Shown here in pieces: positions 38,710 through 49,435 of a DNA stretch of 57,026 nt. Positions within the stretch are counted from its first letter, which is position 1; each line of letters opens with the position of its first letter. This stretch comes from Nitrospinota bacterium (GTDB lineage: Bacteria; UBA8248). The position numbers and the translations under genes are program-made. The DNA lies in contig JAYGFR010000364.1 of NCBI GenBank assembly GCA_046581755.1, positions 1 through 57,026 of the forward strand, written 5' to 3'. Under the pieces are notes generated by a model. That model searched no databases. It was not told where the DNA came from and worked only from the letters and a program-made list of their open reading frames with translations.

Positions 38710-39835
38710 TCAAGAATTCTCCTGCATCACCTCATCGAGCGGTGCGCATTCCACGCCGAGGGCTTCGGCGACAGCGGGGTGGGTGATGCGCCCACCGGCG
38801 GCATTAACGCCCTTGGCGAGTTCGAGATTGGCCCGGACGGCCCCGGCGAGGCCCGCCGTTCGCCAACTCGATGACGTAGGGCAGGATCGCGCTCGACAGG
38901 GCGAACGTGCTTGTACGAGGAACGCCGCCCGGCATGTTCGCTACGCCGTAGTGGATGACACGGTCCACGAGGTAGGTCGGCCTGGAGTGGTAGGTCGGCT
39001 TGATTGTCTCGACGCAGCCGCCCTGGTCCACGGCGACGTCCACGATCACCGAGCCTGGAAGCATCTCCTTGACGAGGCCGCGGGGAACGAGGATCGGGGC
39101 CCGCGCCCCCGGCACGAGCACGGCCCCGACGAGGAGATCGGCCTCCCGGACGGCCTCGCGGATCGTGAACCGGGTCGAGGCGATGGTCTTCACCCGGCCG
39201 CCGAAGATGTCGTCGAGATACTGGAGCCTGTTGTGGTCGATATCGAGAACGGTGACCCCTGCCCCGAGGCCGACGGCGATCTTGGCCGCGTTTTTGCCGA
39301 CCATCCCCGCCCCAAGTATCACCACGTTTCCCCGGGGAACGCCGGGTGCCCCGGCCAGAAGAACGCCCCGGCCGCCCATCGTCTTTTCGAGAAAGCGGGC
39401 CCCTTCCTGCACGGCCATGCGCCCGGCAATTTCGCTCATCGGCTGGAGCAGGGGCAGGGCGCCGTCCTCCGTCCGGATGGTCTCAAAGGCGACGGCCTGA
39501 ACGCGCTTTTGCAACAGGGCCCGAGCCAGTGGCTTCGAGGCGGCAAGATGAAGAAAGGCAAAAAGGATTTGCCCCTCGCGCATTCGGGAAAACTCGGGGC
39601 GAAGCGGCTCTTTCACCTTGACGATCATCCCGCTCCGCCGCCATACGGCATCCGCTCGCGCCACGATATTTTCGCCCACTGCGATATAGGCCCGATCCTC
39701 GATGCCGGCTTCGAACCCCGCCCCTTTTTGAATCAGGACGGTATGGCCCGCGGCTGAAATCGCCTCCACCGCCGCCGGAGCCAGGGCGATGCGGTGCTCG
39801 TCTTTTTTGATCTCCTTGGGAACCCCGACGATCAT
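38710..39835 (-). CDS. ald: Alanine dehydrogenase, with a 1-nt frameshift near 38852
   Basis: GVPKEIK...E-x-[30 protein letters not shown]. The natural C-terminus (ELAKGVN...[11 protein letters not shown]) continues in another frame to TGA at 38710-38712. Confidence 0.93.
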
Positions 39836-40269
39836 GGCGGACTCCCGGTCCCACCCTCCCCATCTCTTACGAGGAGAAATGTGCTCTTGGCCTCAGCCAC
39901 GACGGCGTCGTCTTCGGCACGCAAGATTATTCCCTCGAGTATTGCGAAATTTCCTTTTTTCCTCACCTGGCGGCCCTCCATCCGCAGGGGCGTCCCTACG
40001 GACACCGGGTCGCGGTAGCGGATCTCGCATTTGGCCGTATAAGCCCGTATTCCATTGAGGAACAAACAGTTCGCCATGACGTCATCGAGCAGGCTGTAGA
40101 GGATTCCGCCATGTATGACACCGTCGTAGCCCTGGTGATCATGGGCGGGTGTGAACTCGGCGCGGCAGATATCGCCATCGAGGCGGAAGGAGATGTTCAG
40201 GCCAATTGGGTTATCCGGGCCGCAGACGAACCACCCGTTCGCATCGGGCCGCCCTTTTTCGGCTGACAT
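39832..40269 (-). CDS. PaaI family hotdog-fold thioesterase
   Basis: FVCGPDNPIGL, HQGY-x-G-x-x-HGG-x-x-x-x-x-LDD. ATG 40269 with RBS GGAGGT. Stop overlaps the ald start (ATGA). Confidence 0.9.
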   Translation of the reverse strand: MSAEKGRPDANGWFVCGPDNPIGLNISFRLDGDICRAEFTPAHDHQGYDGVIHGGILYSLLDDVMANCLFLNGIRAYTAKCEIRYRDPVSVGTPLRMEGRQVRKKGNFAILEGIILRAEDDAVVAEAKSTFLLVRDGEGGTGSPP

Positions 40270-40328
40270 GAGAATTCGACCTCCGGCGGAAATTCTTGAA
40301 ATATGGGACGGCACCTTTTTCCCGCTGC

Positions 40329-40366
40329 AAAAAAAACGGGAGGGCCACCTCTGGCGGCCCTCCCGT
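40329..40366 (-). terminator. Rho-independent terminator of the alpha operon
   Basis: ACGGGAGGGCCGCC-AGA-GGTGGCCCTCCCGT stem followed by a T-run, just after rplQ. Confidence 0.9.
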
Positions 40367-40393
40367 ATTTGTATCCCTTCGTCCGCGGCGCGT

Positions 40394-40819
40394 CTAGGTC
40401 GATTCTCCCCGGGCCGCGCGCTTCTGGCGGCGTATTTCATCGCGCGCCTCTTCGCGGCTCGTGTCCCGGTCCACCAGTTCGAGAATGGCCATCGGCGCGG
40501 CATCGCCGGGGCGCGGGGGCATTTGGATGATGCGTGTATAACCGCCGGGCCGTTCGGCGTAGCGGGGCCCAATGGTGTCCATGAGTTTTTGAACGGATGC
40601 GGGCGTCCGGAGGACCGCCGCCGCCTGGCGCCGCGCATGAAGGGTCCCGCGCTTGCCCAGGGTGATGATGCGCTCGACGTGACGGCGCACTTCCTTGGCC
40701 TTGGCCAGCGTGGTCCTCACCCGTTCCTCGTCAATCACCGAGGTGATGAGATTCCGGGTCATGGCCCTGCGGTGCTTGGAGCGGCGCCCCAGTTTTCTAC
40801 CGGTCCAGCGATGCCTCAT
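40394..40819 (-). CDS. rplQ: 50S ribosomal protein L17
   Basis: MRHR...RKLGR, TT-x-x-[12 protein letters not shown]. Confidence 0.98.
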   Translation of the reverse strand: MRHRWTGRKLGRRSKHRRAMTRNLITSVIDEERVRTTLAKAKEVRRHVERIITLGKRGTLHARRQAAAVLRTPASVQKLMDTIGPRYAERPGGYTRIIQMPPRPGDAAPMAILELVDRDTSREEARDEIRRQKRAARGEST

Positions 40820-40831
40820 TCGACCTTCTCC

Positions 40832-41845
40832 CTATTCCTCTTCTCCGGTCAGGCCAAGCTCTTCGGGTGTCACCTTGAGCTGGGAAAAATCCATCCCGAA
40901 AAACAAACCCATGGTGTCCAGAATGTCCCGAATCTCGTTTAGGCTTTTCCGGCCGAAATTACGCGTCTTGAGCATTTCGGTTTCGGAGCGCTGAACCAAA
41001 TCGGCCAGCGACCGGATGCGTGCGTTCTTCAGGCAATTGTAGCTCCGAACCGAGAGCTCGAGCTCATCCACGCTGCGGCGCAGATTCTCGATAAGCTTCT
41101 GGCGGCGCTCATCGACTTCGGGTACGGGCGGAGGCTCTTCCTCTTCGAAATTAATGAATACCCGAAGATTGTCGTTCAGAATTTTCGCCGCATGCGCGAC
41201 GGTGTCCACCGGCGCGATCGTCCCATTGGTTTCCACTTCCAAAATCAGTTTATCGTAATCGGTCGCATCCCCCACGCGGGTCTTCTCCACCCGGAACGTG
41301 CACCGCCGGACGGGGGAGAAAACCGAATCCATGGGAATGAACTGGGGGCCAAAAGACATTTCCTCGGCGTTCCGCTCGGCCGGGACATAGCCCCTCCCCA
41401 CTCGGGCGATGAGCTCCATGTCGAGGTCGGCCTCATCGTTCAACGTGGCGATGAGAACGTTCCGACTGAGGATCTTTACGCCCGAGGGCACTTCCAGATC
41501 CCCCGCCCTGAATTCGGTGGCAGAGCCGCTGTGGCGGTAGGTGACGCGCACGGGTTCGGTGGATTCCATCTGGATGACGACTTCCTTCAGATTCAAAATG
41601 ATATCCGTCACGTCCTCCAGGACTCCGGGAATCGTGGAGAATTCGTGATAGACGCCCTCGATCCGCACCCCCGAAAACGCGGCACCGTTAAGGGAGGAAA
41701 GGACCACCCGTCGGAGCGCGTTGCCCAAAGTCATCCCATATCCGCGCTCAAGCGGCTCTGCGATAAAAATTCCAAAATTATCGCTCTGATTCTCTGTTTC
41801 TGATTCCAAGCTGACTGGCTTGACCAAATCCGCGTACAAAGTCAT
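40832..41845 (-). CDS. rpoA: RNA polymerase alpha subunit
   Basis: EPLERGYG-x-TLGNALRR, HEFST, ELSVRSYNCL, NFGRKSL. ATG 41845 after GGAGG. Confidence 0.98.
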   Translation of the reverse strand: MTLYADLVKPVSLESETENQSDNFGIFIAEPLERGYGMTLGNALRRVVLSSLNGAAFSGVRIEGVYHEFSTIPGVLEDVTDIILNLKEVVIQMESTEPVRVTYRHSGSATEFRAGDLEVPSGVKILSRNVLIATLNDEADLDMELIARVGRGYVPAERNAEEMSFGPQFIPMDSVFSPVRRCTFRVEKTRVGDATDYDKLILEVETNGTIAPVDTVAHAAKILNDNLRVFINFEEEEPPPVPEVDERRQKLIENLRRSVDELELSVRSYNCLKNARIRSLADLVQRSETEMLKTRNFGRKSLNEIRDILDTMGLFFGMDFSQLKVTPEELGLTGEEE

Positions 41846-41926
41846 GTAAACTGCCCCTCCATTGGGCGACTTCGCCACCCGAACCTTCAAAGGCTGACGC
41901 ACGGCCTCCGCAAGGTTCCGCGCGAG

Positions 41927-42559
41927 TTATTTGGAGTAAAGCTCGACAATCTGTTGAGCATCAATGTTGATTTTAATATCCGCCTGCGTGGGTATTTCGG
42001 CCACCCGCGCTTGCAGGTCCGTCAGATCAACATCGAGCCACTCGGGGATGCCCCGGGCTTTTCCCTTTTCGGCGCACTGAAGAATAATCTCCACCTTCCT
42101 GCTCTTCTCCTTAATCTGGACCACATCTCCTTTGCGGACCGAGAAGGACGGGCGATTAACTTTGCGGCCGTTCACCGTCACATGGTTATGAACGACCAAT
42201 TGGCGCGCCTGTGCCCGCGAGTCGGCGAAACTGGACCGGTAAACGACGTTGTCCAGGCGAAGTTCCAGTAGGCGGAACAAGTTCTCGCCCTTGACGCCCT
42301 TCTTCCGGGCCGCTTCTCGGTAATAAATCCGGAACTGTTTTTCCAGAACGCCGTACACCCAGCGCGCTTTTTGCTTTTCGCGCAACTGCAGGCCGTACTC
42401 ACTGACCTTGCCGCGCATCCTGGTGGCTCCGTGCTGGCCCGGCGGAAAACTGCGCTTATCGAACGAGCATTTATCGCCCAGGCAACGGTCGCCCTTGAGA
42501 AACAGCTTCATCCCTGCCCGGCGGCAGAGGCGGCATACAGAATCCTTGTATCGTGCCAA
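41927..42559 (-). CDS. rpsD: 30S ribosomal protein S4
   Basis: MARY...CRLCRR, PPGQHG, QLREKQK, RLDNVVYR, VELYSK. Confidence 0.98.
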   Translation of the reverse strand: MARYKDSVCRLCRRAGMKLFLKGDRCLGDKCSFDKRSFPPGQHGATRMRGKVSEYGLQLREKQKARWVYGVLEKQFRIYYREAARKKGVKGENLFRLLELRLDNVVYRSSFADSRAQARQLVVHNHVTVNGRKVNRPSFSVRKGDVVQIKEKSRKVEIILQCAEKGKARGIPEWLDVDLTDLQARVAEIPTQADIKINIDAQQIVELYSK

Positions 42560-42589
42560 TTCCTGCTTACCCCCTTATCTAGTTACGGC

Positions 42590-42991
42590 CTATACCCGGC
42601 GCCGTTTTCTGGGACGGCACCCGTTGTGCGGTATCGGCGTTACGTCGCGAATCAGAGAAATTTCCAAACCCGCCGCAGCCAGCGCCCGGATGGCGGCTTC
42701 GCGCCCCCCGCCGGGTCCACTAACGAAAATATCGACCGACGTTACGCCCATATCCAACGCTTTTTTCGCCACAGCGGCGCCCGCCATTTGCGCTGCAAAG
42801 GGTGTTCCCTTACGCGATCCCTTAAATCCCTCCGCCCCCGAGGAAGACCAGCAAACGATGTTCCCCGAGGCATCGGAGATGGAAATCATGGTGTTGTTGA
42901 AACTGGCCTTGACGTGCACCTGGCCCTTTCCGATAGCCCGGCGTTCGCGCCGTCGCTTCCCGCCGCTCCGCCGTCTGCCTCCTTGCGCCAA
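42590..42991 (-). CDS. rpsK: 30S ribosomal protein S11
   Basis: [30 protein letters not shown]. Confidence 0.98.
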   Translation of the reverse strand: MAQGGRRRSGGKRRRERRAIGKGQVHVKASFNNTMISISDASGNIVCWSSSGAEGFKGSRKGTPFAAQMAGAAVAKKALDMGVTSVDIFVSGPGGGREAAIRALAAAGLEISLIRDVTPIPHNGCRPRKRRRV

Positions 42992-43021
42992 TTTCTTTCC
43001 TCCTATTCCACTCTCGGAATA

Positions 43022-43393
43022 CTATTTGCCCTTCCGCGAACCCACCGTGCGCTTGGGTCCTTTTCGCGTCCGTGCGTTGGTTCGCGTGCGCTGGCCCCGG
43101 ACAGGAAGCCCTCTGCGATGGCGCAAGCCCCGGTAGGAACCCATGTCCATCAGGCGCTTGATGTTCATCGTGACCCGGCTCCGAAGATCGCCCTCGACGT
43201 CGTAGGAGCGGTCGATGATTTCGCGGAGGGATTGGACCTCCTGTTCGGTCAGATTCTTGACCTTGACGATTCCATCGATTTTCGCTTCCTCGACAATCTT
43301 CTTCGCGCTCGGGCGGCCAATCCCGAAGATATAGGTCAGCGATATTTCCACATTCTTTTCATTGGGGATATCTACCCCCGCGATTCGTGCCAT
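43022..43393 (-). CDS. rpsM: 30S ribosomal protein S13
   Basis: [32 protein letters not shown]. Confidence 0.98.
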   Translation of the reverse strand: MARIAGVDIPNEKNVEISLTYIFGIGRPSAKKIVEEAKIDGIVKVKNLTEQEVQSLREIIDRSYDVEGDLRSRVTMNIKRLMDMGSYRGLRHRRGLPVRGQRTRTNARTRKGPKRTVGSRKGK

Positions 43394-43423
43394 CTGATCT
43401 CTCCTCCAAGCAAACCGCCCGGG

Positions 43424-43537
43424 CTATCCCTGACGCTGCTTATGCTTGGGATTGGTACATATGACCCGCACAACACCCTTGCGCCGAATCACCTTGCATT
43501 TATCGCACATCGGCTTGACCGAACTCCTGACTTTCAT
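43424..43537 (-). CDS. rpmJ: 50S ribosomal protein L36
   Basis: Manual translation [37 protein letters not shown] (37 aa, below the ORF-track cutoff). Confidence 0.98.
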   Translation of the reverse strand: MKVRSSVKPMCDKCKVIRRKGVVRVICTNPKHKQRQG

Positions 43538-43555
43538 GGAGAGGGCCCACCTTTC

Positions 43556-43843
43556 TTATTTATAACGGCTCGTGATTCGCCCACGAGTCAAATCGTACGG
43601 CGACAACTCCACCTTCACGCTGTCGCCCGGGAGGATCCGGATGAAGTGCATCCGCATCCTGCCCGAGATATGTGCCAAAACGTTATGCCCGCCTTCGATT
43701 TCCACGCGAAACATCGCGTTGGGAAGAGTTTCGCCGATAATACCGTCAACTTCAATCGTATCCTCTTTTGGCGGCCGCTCTTCCCTCTCTCCTCGGTTCC
43801 CCTTCCTCTTCTTCCTCCTCCTTGGCCTGGGGGGTCTCCTCAT
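43556..43843 (-). CDS. infA: Translation initiation factor IF-1 (apparent basic N-terminal extension)
   Basis: [35 protein letters not shown]. Confidence 0.96.
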   Translation of the reverse strand: MRRPPRPRRRKKRKGNRGEREERPPKEDTIEVDGIIGETLPNAMFRVEIEGGHNVLAHISGRMRMHFIRILPGDSVKVELSPYDLTRGRITSRYK

Positions 43844-44589
43844 GCCGCGACGCTCAAAATATCGGGACCGATTTCGGAAACGGCCAAAGAGTGCTCAAAG
43901 TGAGCAGAGAGCTCCCCATCAGCCGTTACGACCGTCCAGGCATCATTGAGCACCTTCACATCGGCATTTCCAATATTCAGCATGGGCTCTATGGCCATGA
44001 CCATCCCGGGCTTGAGCTCGGGACCCGTGCCCGGTTCGCCAAAATTCGGCACTTGGGGCTCTTCATGTAAATTGGTTCCGATCCCATGGCCCACATACAC
44101 CCGGACGACAGAAAATCCCGCCGATTCGGCGTGCACCTGGATGGCATTGGAAACGTCGAAAAGGCGGTTTCCGGCATGGGCCTTTTCGATTCCCTTCCAT
44201 AGCGCCTCCTCGCAAAATTTCAAGAGCCGCTTCGCATCATCGCTCACCCTTCCCACGGGAACCGTTACCGCGTGATCTCCATAGTACCCATCCAACTTCA
44301 CTCCGATATCGATGCTGAGAATATCGCCATCCCGCAACTTTCCTTTGTTGGGAATCCCGTGGACCACCTGCTCATTCACCGATGTGCACAGGGTATGCTT
44401 GTAGCCCTTGTATCCTTTGAAGGCAGGAACCCCACCCATATCGAGGACAAGCTTTTCCGCCATCTCATCGAGTTCCAGCGTTGTGGCGCCGGGTTGTATG
44501 ACTTTCTTCAACTGGTCCATCACAACGGCGACGATTCGGTTGCTCGCCCGTAATTTCTCAATTTCCTTGAGCGACCTTAAAACGATCAT
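43840..44589 (-). CDS. map: Methionine aminopeptidase type I
   Basis: [31 protein letters not shown]. Confidence 0.98.
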   Translation of the reverse strand: MIVLRSLKEIEKLRASNRIVAVVMDQLKKVIQPGATTLELDEMAEKLVLDMGGVPAFKGYKGYKHTLCTSVNEQVVHGIPNKGKLRDGDILSIDIGVKLDGYYGDHAVTVPVGRVSDDAKRLLKFCEEALWKGIEKAHAGNRLFDVSNAIQVHAESAGFSVVRVYVGHGIGTNLHEEPQVPNFGEPGTGPELKPGMVMAIEPMLNIGNADVKVLNDAWTVVTADGELSAHFEHSLAVSEIGPDILSVAA

Positions 44590-45218
44590 TATTCCACCAC
44601 CTGGGAAATTTCACTCTCGACCCGCTCGAATACATCATCCAGCTCACCGGTGCCGTCGATATTGGCGAGTTTATTCCGGCACCTGTAAAAATCGACCAGC
44701 GGAGCCGTATGCTCCATGTACACCCTGATTCGGTGCTCGACCGTGCTCTTTTGATCGTCCTCCCGCTGGTATAGCGGCCCGTTGCATACCGGGCACAGCG
44801 CAATATCTTCCTTGGCGAAAACCGCGCCGCAACTCTTGCATGTGAGCCGGCCCGAAAGGCGTTTAATCACCACCTCATCCGGCACGTTCAAATACACCGT
44901 CACATCCACGCTGCCCGGCAAGACCCGCTCCAGCTCAACTGCCTGGTCAACCGTCCTTGGAAAACCATCCAGGATAAAGCCTCTCTGGCAATCTTCCTTG
45001 GCAATTCGCTCCTCGATAATCGAAACGATCAAGGCATCGGGAACGAGCTGACCCTTACCGATAATTTCGCCGACCTGCTTTCCCAGCACGGTCCGTTCCT
45101 CGACCGTCTTCCGGAGAATTTCGCCCGTCGAAATTTGCGGGATCCCGTATATTTCGCTCAACCGGGCTCCTTGGGTTCCCTTACCCGCACCCGGCGGGCC
45201 CAGCAATACGATTTTCAA
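44589..45218 (-). CDS. adk: Adenylate kinase (4-Cys zinc LID)
   Basis: GPPGAGKGTQ, LDGFPRT, CKSC...CPVC, QREDD. Confidence 0.98.
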   Translation of the reverse strand: MKIVLLGPPGAGKGTQGARLSEIYGIPQISTGEILRKTVEERTVLGKQVGEIIGKGQLVPDALIVSIIEERIAKEDCQRGFILDGFPRTVDQAVELERVLPGSVDVTVYLNVPDEVVIKRLSGRLTCKSCGAVFAKEDIALCPVCNGPLYQREDDQKSTVEHRIRVYMEHTAPLVDFYRCRNKLANIDGTGELDDVFERVESEISQVVE

Positions 45219-45219
45219 C

Positions 45220-46542
45220 CTACAGCGTCCTCCGGCTGACCCTGCTCTTTCGAAGGAATCCCTCGTAATTGCGCATCACCAGATGGCTTTCGATTTGGCG
45301 CTGTGTGTCCACCGCCACACCGACGACGATCAAAAGCGCCGTTCCACCGAAAAAGAAGGGAACATTGAACCACTGAATCAAATACGTCGGAAGAATAACG
45401 ATTACGCTCAAATAAATTGCCCCGATAAAAGTCAGGCGGGTCAAGGTCCGGTCGATGAAATCGGCCGTCGGGCGGCCCGGTCGCCTTCCTGGGATGAAGC
45501 CCCCATACTTGCGGAGATTGTCCGCCACATCCGTTGGATTAAAAGTAATCGATGTATAAAAATACGCAAAGAAAAAGATGAAGCTGACCGTCAGCACGAT
45601 GTAGAGCCAGTTCCCGGGTGCGAGCATTCCGCTGACTGTGGTCAACCAAGGGATGTTGGAAAACTGGGCGATGGTCGCCGGAAACAGAATCAACGAGCTT
45701 GCGAAAATCGGCGGAATAACGCCCGAGGTGTTCACCTTCAGGGGCAAATGGGTCTCCTGGCCTCCCGCCATTTTCCGGCCCACCATCCGCTTGGCGTATT
45801 GAACCCGCAACCTTCGCTGAGCCGTTTCGAACCAGACCACCAAACCGACCACCCCGATCATTCCGATAACGAGCAAAATCATGACGAAGGGAAGAATTTC
45901 GCCGCTGCCCATTAAACGCAAGGAGTTGATAATGGCGCCCGGAAGGCCGGCCACGATTCCGGCGAATATGATCAGGGATATCCCGTTTCCGATCCCGCGC
46001 TCGGTGATTTGCTCGCCGAGCCACATGATGAACGAGGTTCCCGCCACGAGCGTGAGCACCGTCATCAGTATGAAGGAGGTGCCGCCCTCGAGCACCACCA
46101 TCGCTCCCGTCGGAGCCTGCATCTGCTGGATGCCCATGGCGATGCCGAACCCTTGAACCGTGGAGAGAAAGACCGTTCCATAGCGGGTGTACTGATTGAT
46201 TTTCTTCCGGCCGGCTTCGCCCTCTTTCTTGAGACGCTCCAGGTGCGGAATCACCACCGTCAAAAGTTCTAGTATGATGGACGAACTGATGTAGGGCATG
46301 ATCCCCAGGGCGAAGATCGTCATCTGGCTAAGCGCCCCGCCCGTGAACAGGTCGAAGAACTGCATGATCGTGCCGCCCTGGCCCCTCAATTCGTTAAAAA
46401 AGGCTCTGAGCGCGACGGAGTCGATTCCCGGAATGGGGACGTGAACGCCGATTCGGTAGACGGCCAGGAGCGCCAGAGTGAAGAGAATCCGTTTCTTCAG
46501 CTCCGGGACCTGAAAAATATTTCCGACGCCGCCTTCCCTCAC
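45220..46542 (-). CDS. secY: Preprotein translocase subunit SecY
   Basis: ALGIMPYI, GIGNGISL, GVIPPIFA, FIPG, FGGT-x-LLI. GTG start overlapping the rplO stop is inferred. Confidence 0.98.
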   Translation of the reverse strand: MREGGVGNIFQVPELKKRILFTLALLAVYRIGVHVPIPGIDSVALRAFFNELRGQGGTIMQFFDLFTGGALSQMTIFALGIMPYISSSIILELLTVVIPHLERLKKEGEAGRKKINQYTRYGTVFLSTVQGFGIAMGIQQMQAPTGAMVVLEGGTSFILMTVLTLVAGTSFIMWLGEQITERGIGNGISLIIFAGIVAGLPGAIINSLRLMGSGEILPFVMILLVIGMIGVVGLVVWFETAQRRLRVQYAKRMVGRKMAGGQETHLPLKVNTSGVIPPIFASSLILFPATIAQFSNIPWLTTVSGMLAPGNWLYIVLTVSFIFFFAYFYTSITFNPTDVADNLRKYGGFIPGRRPGRPTADFIDRTLTRLTFIGAIYLSVIVILPTYLIQWFNVPFFFGGTALLIVVGVAVDTQRQIESHLVMRNYEGFLRKSRVSRRTL

Positions 46543-47036
46543 GCGCTGGGCTCCTTCTTCTGTGCCTTCAAGGAGACGATTTCCACACTTCCGCCGGCCG
46601 CCTCGATTTTCCTTCGCGCCGACTCGCTGCATCCTTGAACTTTCAGGGTCAACGGCCGATCGATTGAACCCGAACCGAGCAGCTTTACGCCGTTGGCGCC
46701 CAACTTGCGGACCACGCCCGAGGCGCGGAGTGCCGCGCTATCCACCTCCGTACCCGCGCCGAACCGATCAAGCCTGCCGACGTTCACCTCGGAAAAGTCC
46801 TTTTTGAAGATATTTCTAAATCCGCGTTTGGGGAGCCTCCGCTGGAGGGGCATCTGCCCGCCTTCGAAGCCTGGCCTACGCGAATAGCCCGAGCGGGACT
46901 TTTGACCCTTATGCCCCCTGCCGGAGGTTTTTCCCCGGCCCGAACCGGTTCCCCGGCCAATGCGCGTTTTCGGCCGCACCGAACCGGGAGTGGCCCGCAG
47001 ATCGCCCAACCCGGTAAAATCCTTATCAGAAGCCAA
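46539..47036 (-). CDS. rplO: 50S ribosomal protein L15
   Basis: GRGTGSGRGKTSGRGHKGQ, FEGGQMPL-x-RRLPKRGF. Confidence 0.98.
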   Translation of the reverse strand: MASDKDFTGLGDLRATPGSVRPKTRIGRGTGSGRGKTSGRGHKGQKSRSGYSRRPGFEGGQMPLQRRLPKRGFRNIFKKDFSEVNVGRLDRFGAGTEVDSAALRASGVVRKLGANGVKLLGSGSIDRPLTLKVQGCSESARRKIEAAGGSVEIVSLKAQKKEPSA

Positions 47037-47075
47037 TTTCCTCTATCCTCCGGCAGCGCCCAAACCCGCTTCGGG

Positions 47076-47258
47076 CTAGGCCTCTTCGACCTCGACGAGG
47101 TGTTTTACCTTAAAAATCATCCCGCGAATCGGCGCGCAATCCTTGCGAATGGTGCTTTGATTCAACTTTCTCAGGCCGAGGCCTTTCAAAATCTCGCGTA
47201 CTTTCTTGTTGTACCCAATCGGGCTCTTTCGCAGAGTGACTTTGACCTTATCCGCCAC
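47076..47258 (-). CDS. rpmD: 50S ribosomal protein L30
   Basis: KSPIG, LGLRK, GMI-x-KV-x-HL; operon position. Confidence 0.96.
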   Translation of the reverse strand: MADKVKVTLRKSPIGYNKKVREILKGLGLRKLNQSTIRKDCAPIRGMIFKVKHLVEVEEA

Positions 47259-47279
47259 GATTTTGTCTCTCCCAATCCG

Positions 47280-47879
47280 CTAGGCTTCGGCCTGCGCCGT
47301 CTCTTGAGCCTCTTCGGGTGAAGACTCCGGCGCCTCTTCCCGAGAGGGCATGGGGCGGCCACGGGCCTTCATGACTTGCTCCATGGTCCTGAGAGATCGC
47401 AGCCCCTGGAGCGTGGCCTTGGCGGCGTTGTGCGGATTCCTCGTTCCGATGCATTTGGTCAAAATGTCGCGGACACCCGCCACATCCAGAACCGCTCTGA
47501 CCGGACCGCCCGCAATGACTCCGGTTCCGCGGGATGCCGGTTTGAGAAACACCCGTCCCGCGCCGTAGTGGCCAAGCACCTGGTGGGGGATCGTCCCACC
47601 GTCTAGCGACACATGGACCATTGCCTTGCGCGCTTTTTCGACGCCCTTCCGAATGGCCTCGGGCACTTCGTTCGCCTTGCCCAATCCGATGCCGACGTTC
47701 CCCTTGCGGTCTCCAACGGCCAACAGGGCGCTGAAGCTGAACCGCCTTCCACCCTTGACCACCTTCGCAACCCGGTTGATGTAAATCACCCGGTCCACAA
47801 AATCAAAATCGTCTCCGTTGTCACCTTTATCCCGGCTGTTTCTGCCCCGGTTTCGTTTTCCAGGTCCCTGATCCGCCAT
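47280..47879 (-). CDS. rpsE: 30S ribosomal protein S5
   Basis: [32 protein letters not shown]. Confidence 0.98.
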   Translation of the reverse strand: MADQGPGKRNRGRNSRDKGDNGDDFDFVDRVIYINRVAKVVKGGRRFSFSALLAVGDRKGNVGIGLGKANEVPEAIRKGVEKARKAMVHVSLDGGTIPHQVLGHYGAGRVFLKPASRGTGVIAGGPVRAVLDVAGVRDILTKCIGTRNPHNAAKATLQGLRSLRTMEQVMKARGRPMPSREEAPESSPEEAQETAQAEA

Positions 47880-48259
47880 TAGAACTTCACTCCCATTTCC
47901 CGGACCGCCTCCGCAAGCGCTTTCACGCGGCCATGGTAGAGAAAACCGTTCCGGTCAAATACAACCCGCTCGACGCCTTTTTCCTTGGCCCGGTCACCGA
48001 GAAGTTTCCCCACGATGACCGCACCCTCCTTGTTGCTGCCCTTCGCATTTTCGGTGGAGGCGGACTGGAATCCCTGGCCCCTAGAAGAGGCCGCCACAAG
48101 CGTCACCCCTCGGGTGTCGTCTACAATCTGGGCATAGATGTGATTTCCGCTCCGGTAAACGGTCAAGCGGGGCTTATCCGGGCTGCCCTTCATCTTTTTT
48201 CGGACCCGGAATTTCCTGCCGATCCAGGCCTCGCGTTTACTTTTTTTAGACACGCTCAA
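47879..48259 (-). CDS. rplR: 50S ribosomal protein L18
   Basis: [20 protein letters not shown]. Confidence 0.98.
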   Translation of the reverse strand: MSVSKKSKREAWIGRKFRVRKKMKGSPDKPRLTVYRSGNHIYAQIVDDTRGVTLVAASSRGQGFQSASTENAKGSNKEGAVIVGKLLGDRAKEKGVERVVFDRNGFLYHGRVKALAEAVREMGVKF

Positions 48260-48270
48260 TGCCCTCAGGG

Positions 48271-48816
48271 CTATACGCCCGATTTGCCCACCTTGCGCCG
48301 CACATATTCGCCCACATACCGAATCCCCTTGCCCTTGTATGGCTCAGGCGGCTTCACCCGGCGAATTTCCGCGGCCACCAACCCGACCACTTCCTTGTTG
48401 ATTCCCTTGACCTTGATGGCATTTCGCTGCCGATCGCTTTGAATCTCGAATTCGATTCCATCGACCGGATTGATCCGCACCGGGTGGGAGTAGCCGACGT
48501 TCAGGACAATACCCCCTCCGGCCGCCTCGACGCGGTACCCCAGCCCGATGATTTCGAGTTCTTTCTCGTACCCCTTCGTCACACCTTCCACCATATTGGC
48601 GATGAGCGTGCGCGTCAGGCCGTGAAGAGACTTGTCCTGCCTCGAATCGGTGAGCCGTGTGACGAGAATCTGGCCATCGGCAATCTTCACAACCGGCCGG
48701 TCGTGAAGGTCGCGGCTGAGGGTCCCCTTGGGGCCTTTCACCGTGATCGTAACGCCGTCGATTTTGACGTCCACACCTTTCGGGATGGGTATGGGCGTCT
48801 TTCCTATACGCGACAT
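48271..48816 (-). CDS. rplF: 50S ribosomal protein L6
   Basis: MSRIGK, VKGPKG, PEPYKGKGI. Confidence 0.98.
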   Translation of the reverse strand: MSRIGKTPIPIPKGVDVKIDGVTITVKGPKGTLSRDLHDRPVVKIADGQILVTRLTDSRQDKSLHGLTRTLIANMVEGVTKGYEKELEIIGLGYRVEAAGGGIVLNVGYSHPVRINPVDGIEFEIQSDRQRNAIKVKGINKEVVGLVAAEIRRVKPPEPYKGKGIRYVGEYVRRKVGKSGV

Positions 48817-48826
48817 CGAGTCATCC

Positions 48827-49222
48827 TTACCATATCTCGCAAACGTACTCGCCGCCCACTCCCGCCTTGCGCGCCTCTTCGTCCGTCATCAGGCCCCTGG
48901 AAGTGGAAATGATCGCGATGCCCATGCCGTTCATGACCTTGGGCATATCTTCTTTATTCACATACACGCGGCGGCCCGGCTTGCTGATGCGCTTGAGCCC
49001 GATCATTATTTCACGGACGTTTTCGTGGAATTCAACAACGATATTGTCGCGCCCCATTTTTCCGGGCCGCATTTCGTAGCTCCTGATGTACCCCTGTGAG
49101 TGGAGAACGCCAGCGATCTGTTTCTTCATCCCGCTTCCGGGGATTTCCACCGAGCTGCGTCCTGCCTGGATTCCGTTGCGGATCCGGGTGAGCATATCGG
49201 CGATGGGGTCGGTCATACTCAT
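48827..49222 (-). CDS. rpsH: 30S ribosomal protein S8
   Basis: DPIADMLTRIRN, SKPGRRVY, STSRG, GGE. Confidence 0.98.
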   Translation of the reverse strand: MSMTDPIADMLTRIRNGIQAGRSSVEIPGSGMKKQIAGVLHSQGYIRSYEMRPGKMGRDNIVVEFHENVREIMIGLKRISKPGRRVYVNKEDMPKVMNGMGIAIISTSRGLMTDEEARKAGVGGEYVCEIW

Positions 49223-49238
49223 TCTATCGCTTCTCCAT

Positions 49239-49424
49239 CTACCAACTGGACTTCGTCACTCCGGGAAGTTCGCCCCGCAAGGCCAATTCACGGAAACAAA
49301 TCCGGCAGAGCCGGAAGCGGCGCAAGAAACCTCTGGGGCGCCCGCAGCGTTGGCACCTGTTGTATCCCCGGACCGCGAATTTCGGGGTCTTTTTCTGTTT
49401 GGCGATCAAGCACTTCTTGGCCAC
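49239..49424 (-). CDS. rpsN: 30S ribosomal protein S14 type Z
   Basis: 61 aa; RCQRCGR...[15 protein letters not shown]. Confidence 0.98.
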   Translation of the reverse strand: MAKKCLIAKQKKTPKFAVRGYNRCQRCGRPRGFLRRFRLCRICFRELALRGELPGVTKSSW

Positions 49425-49435
49425 GTTCTCTCCTG

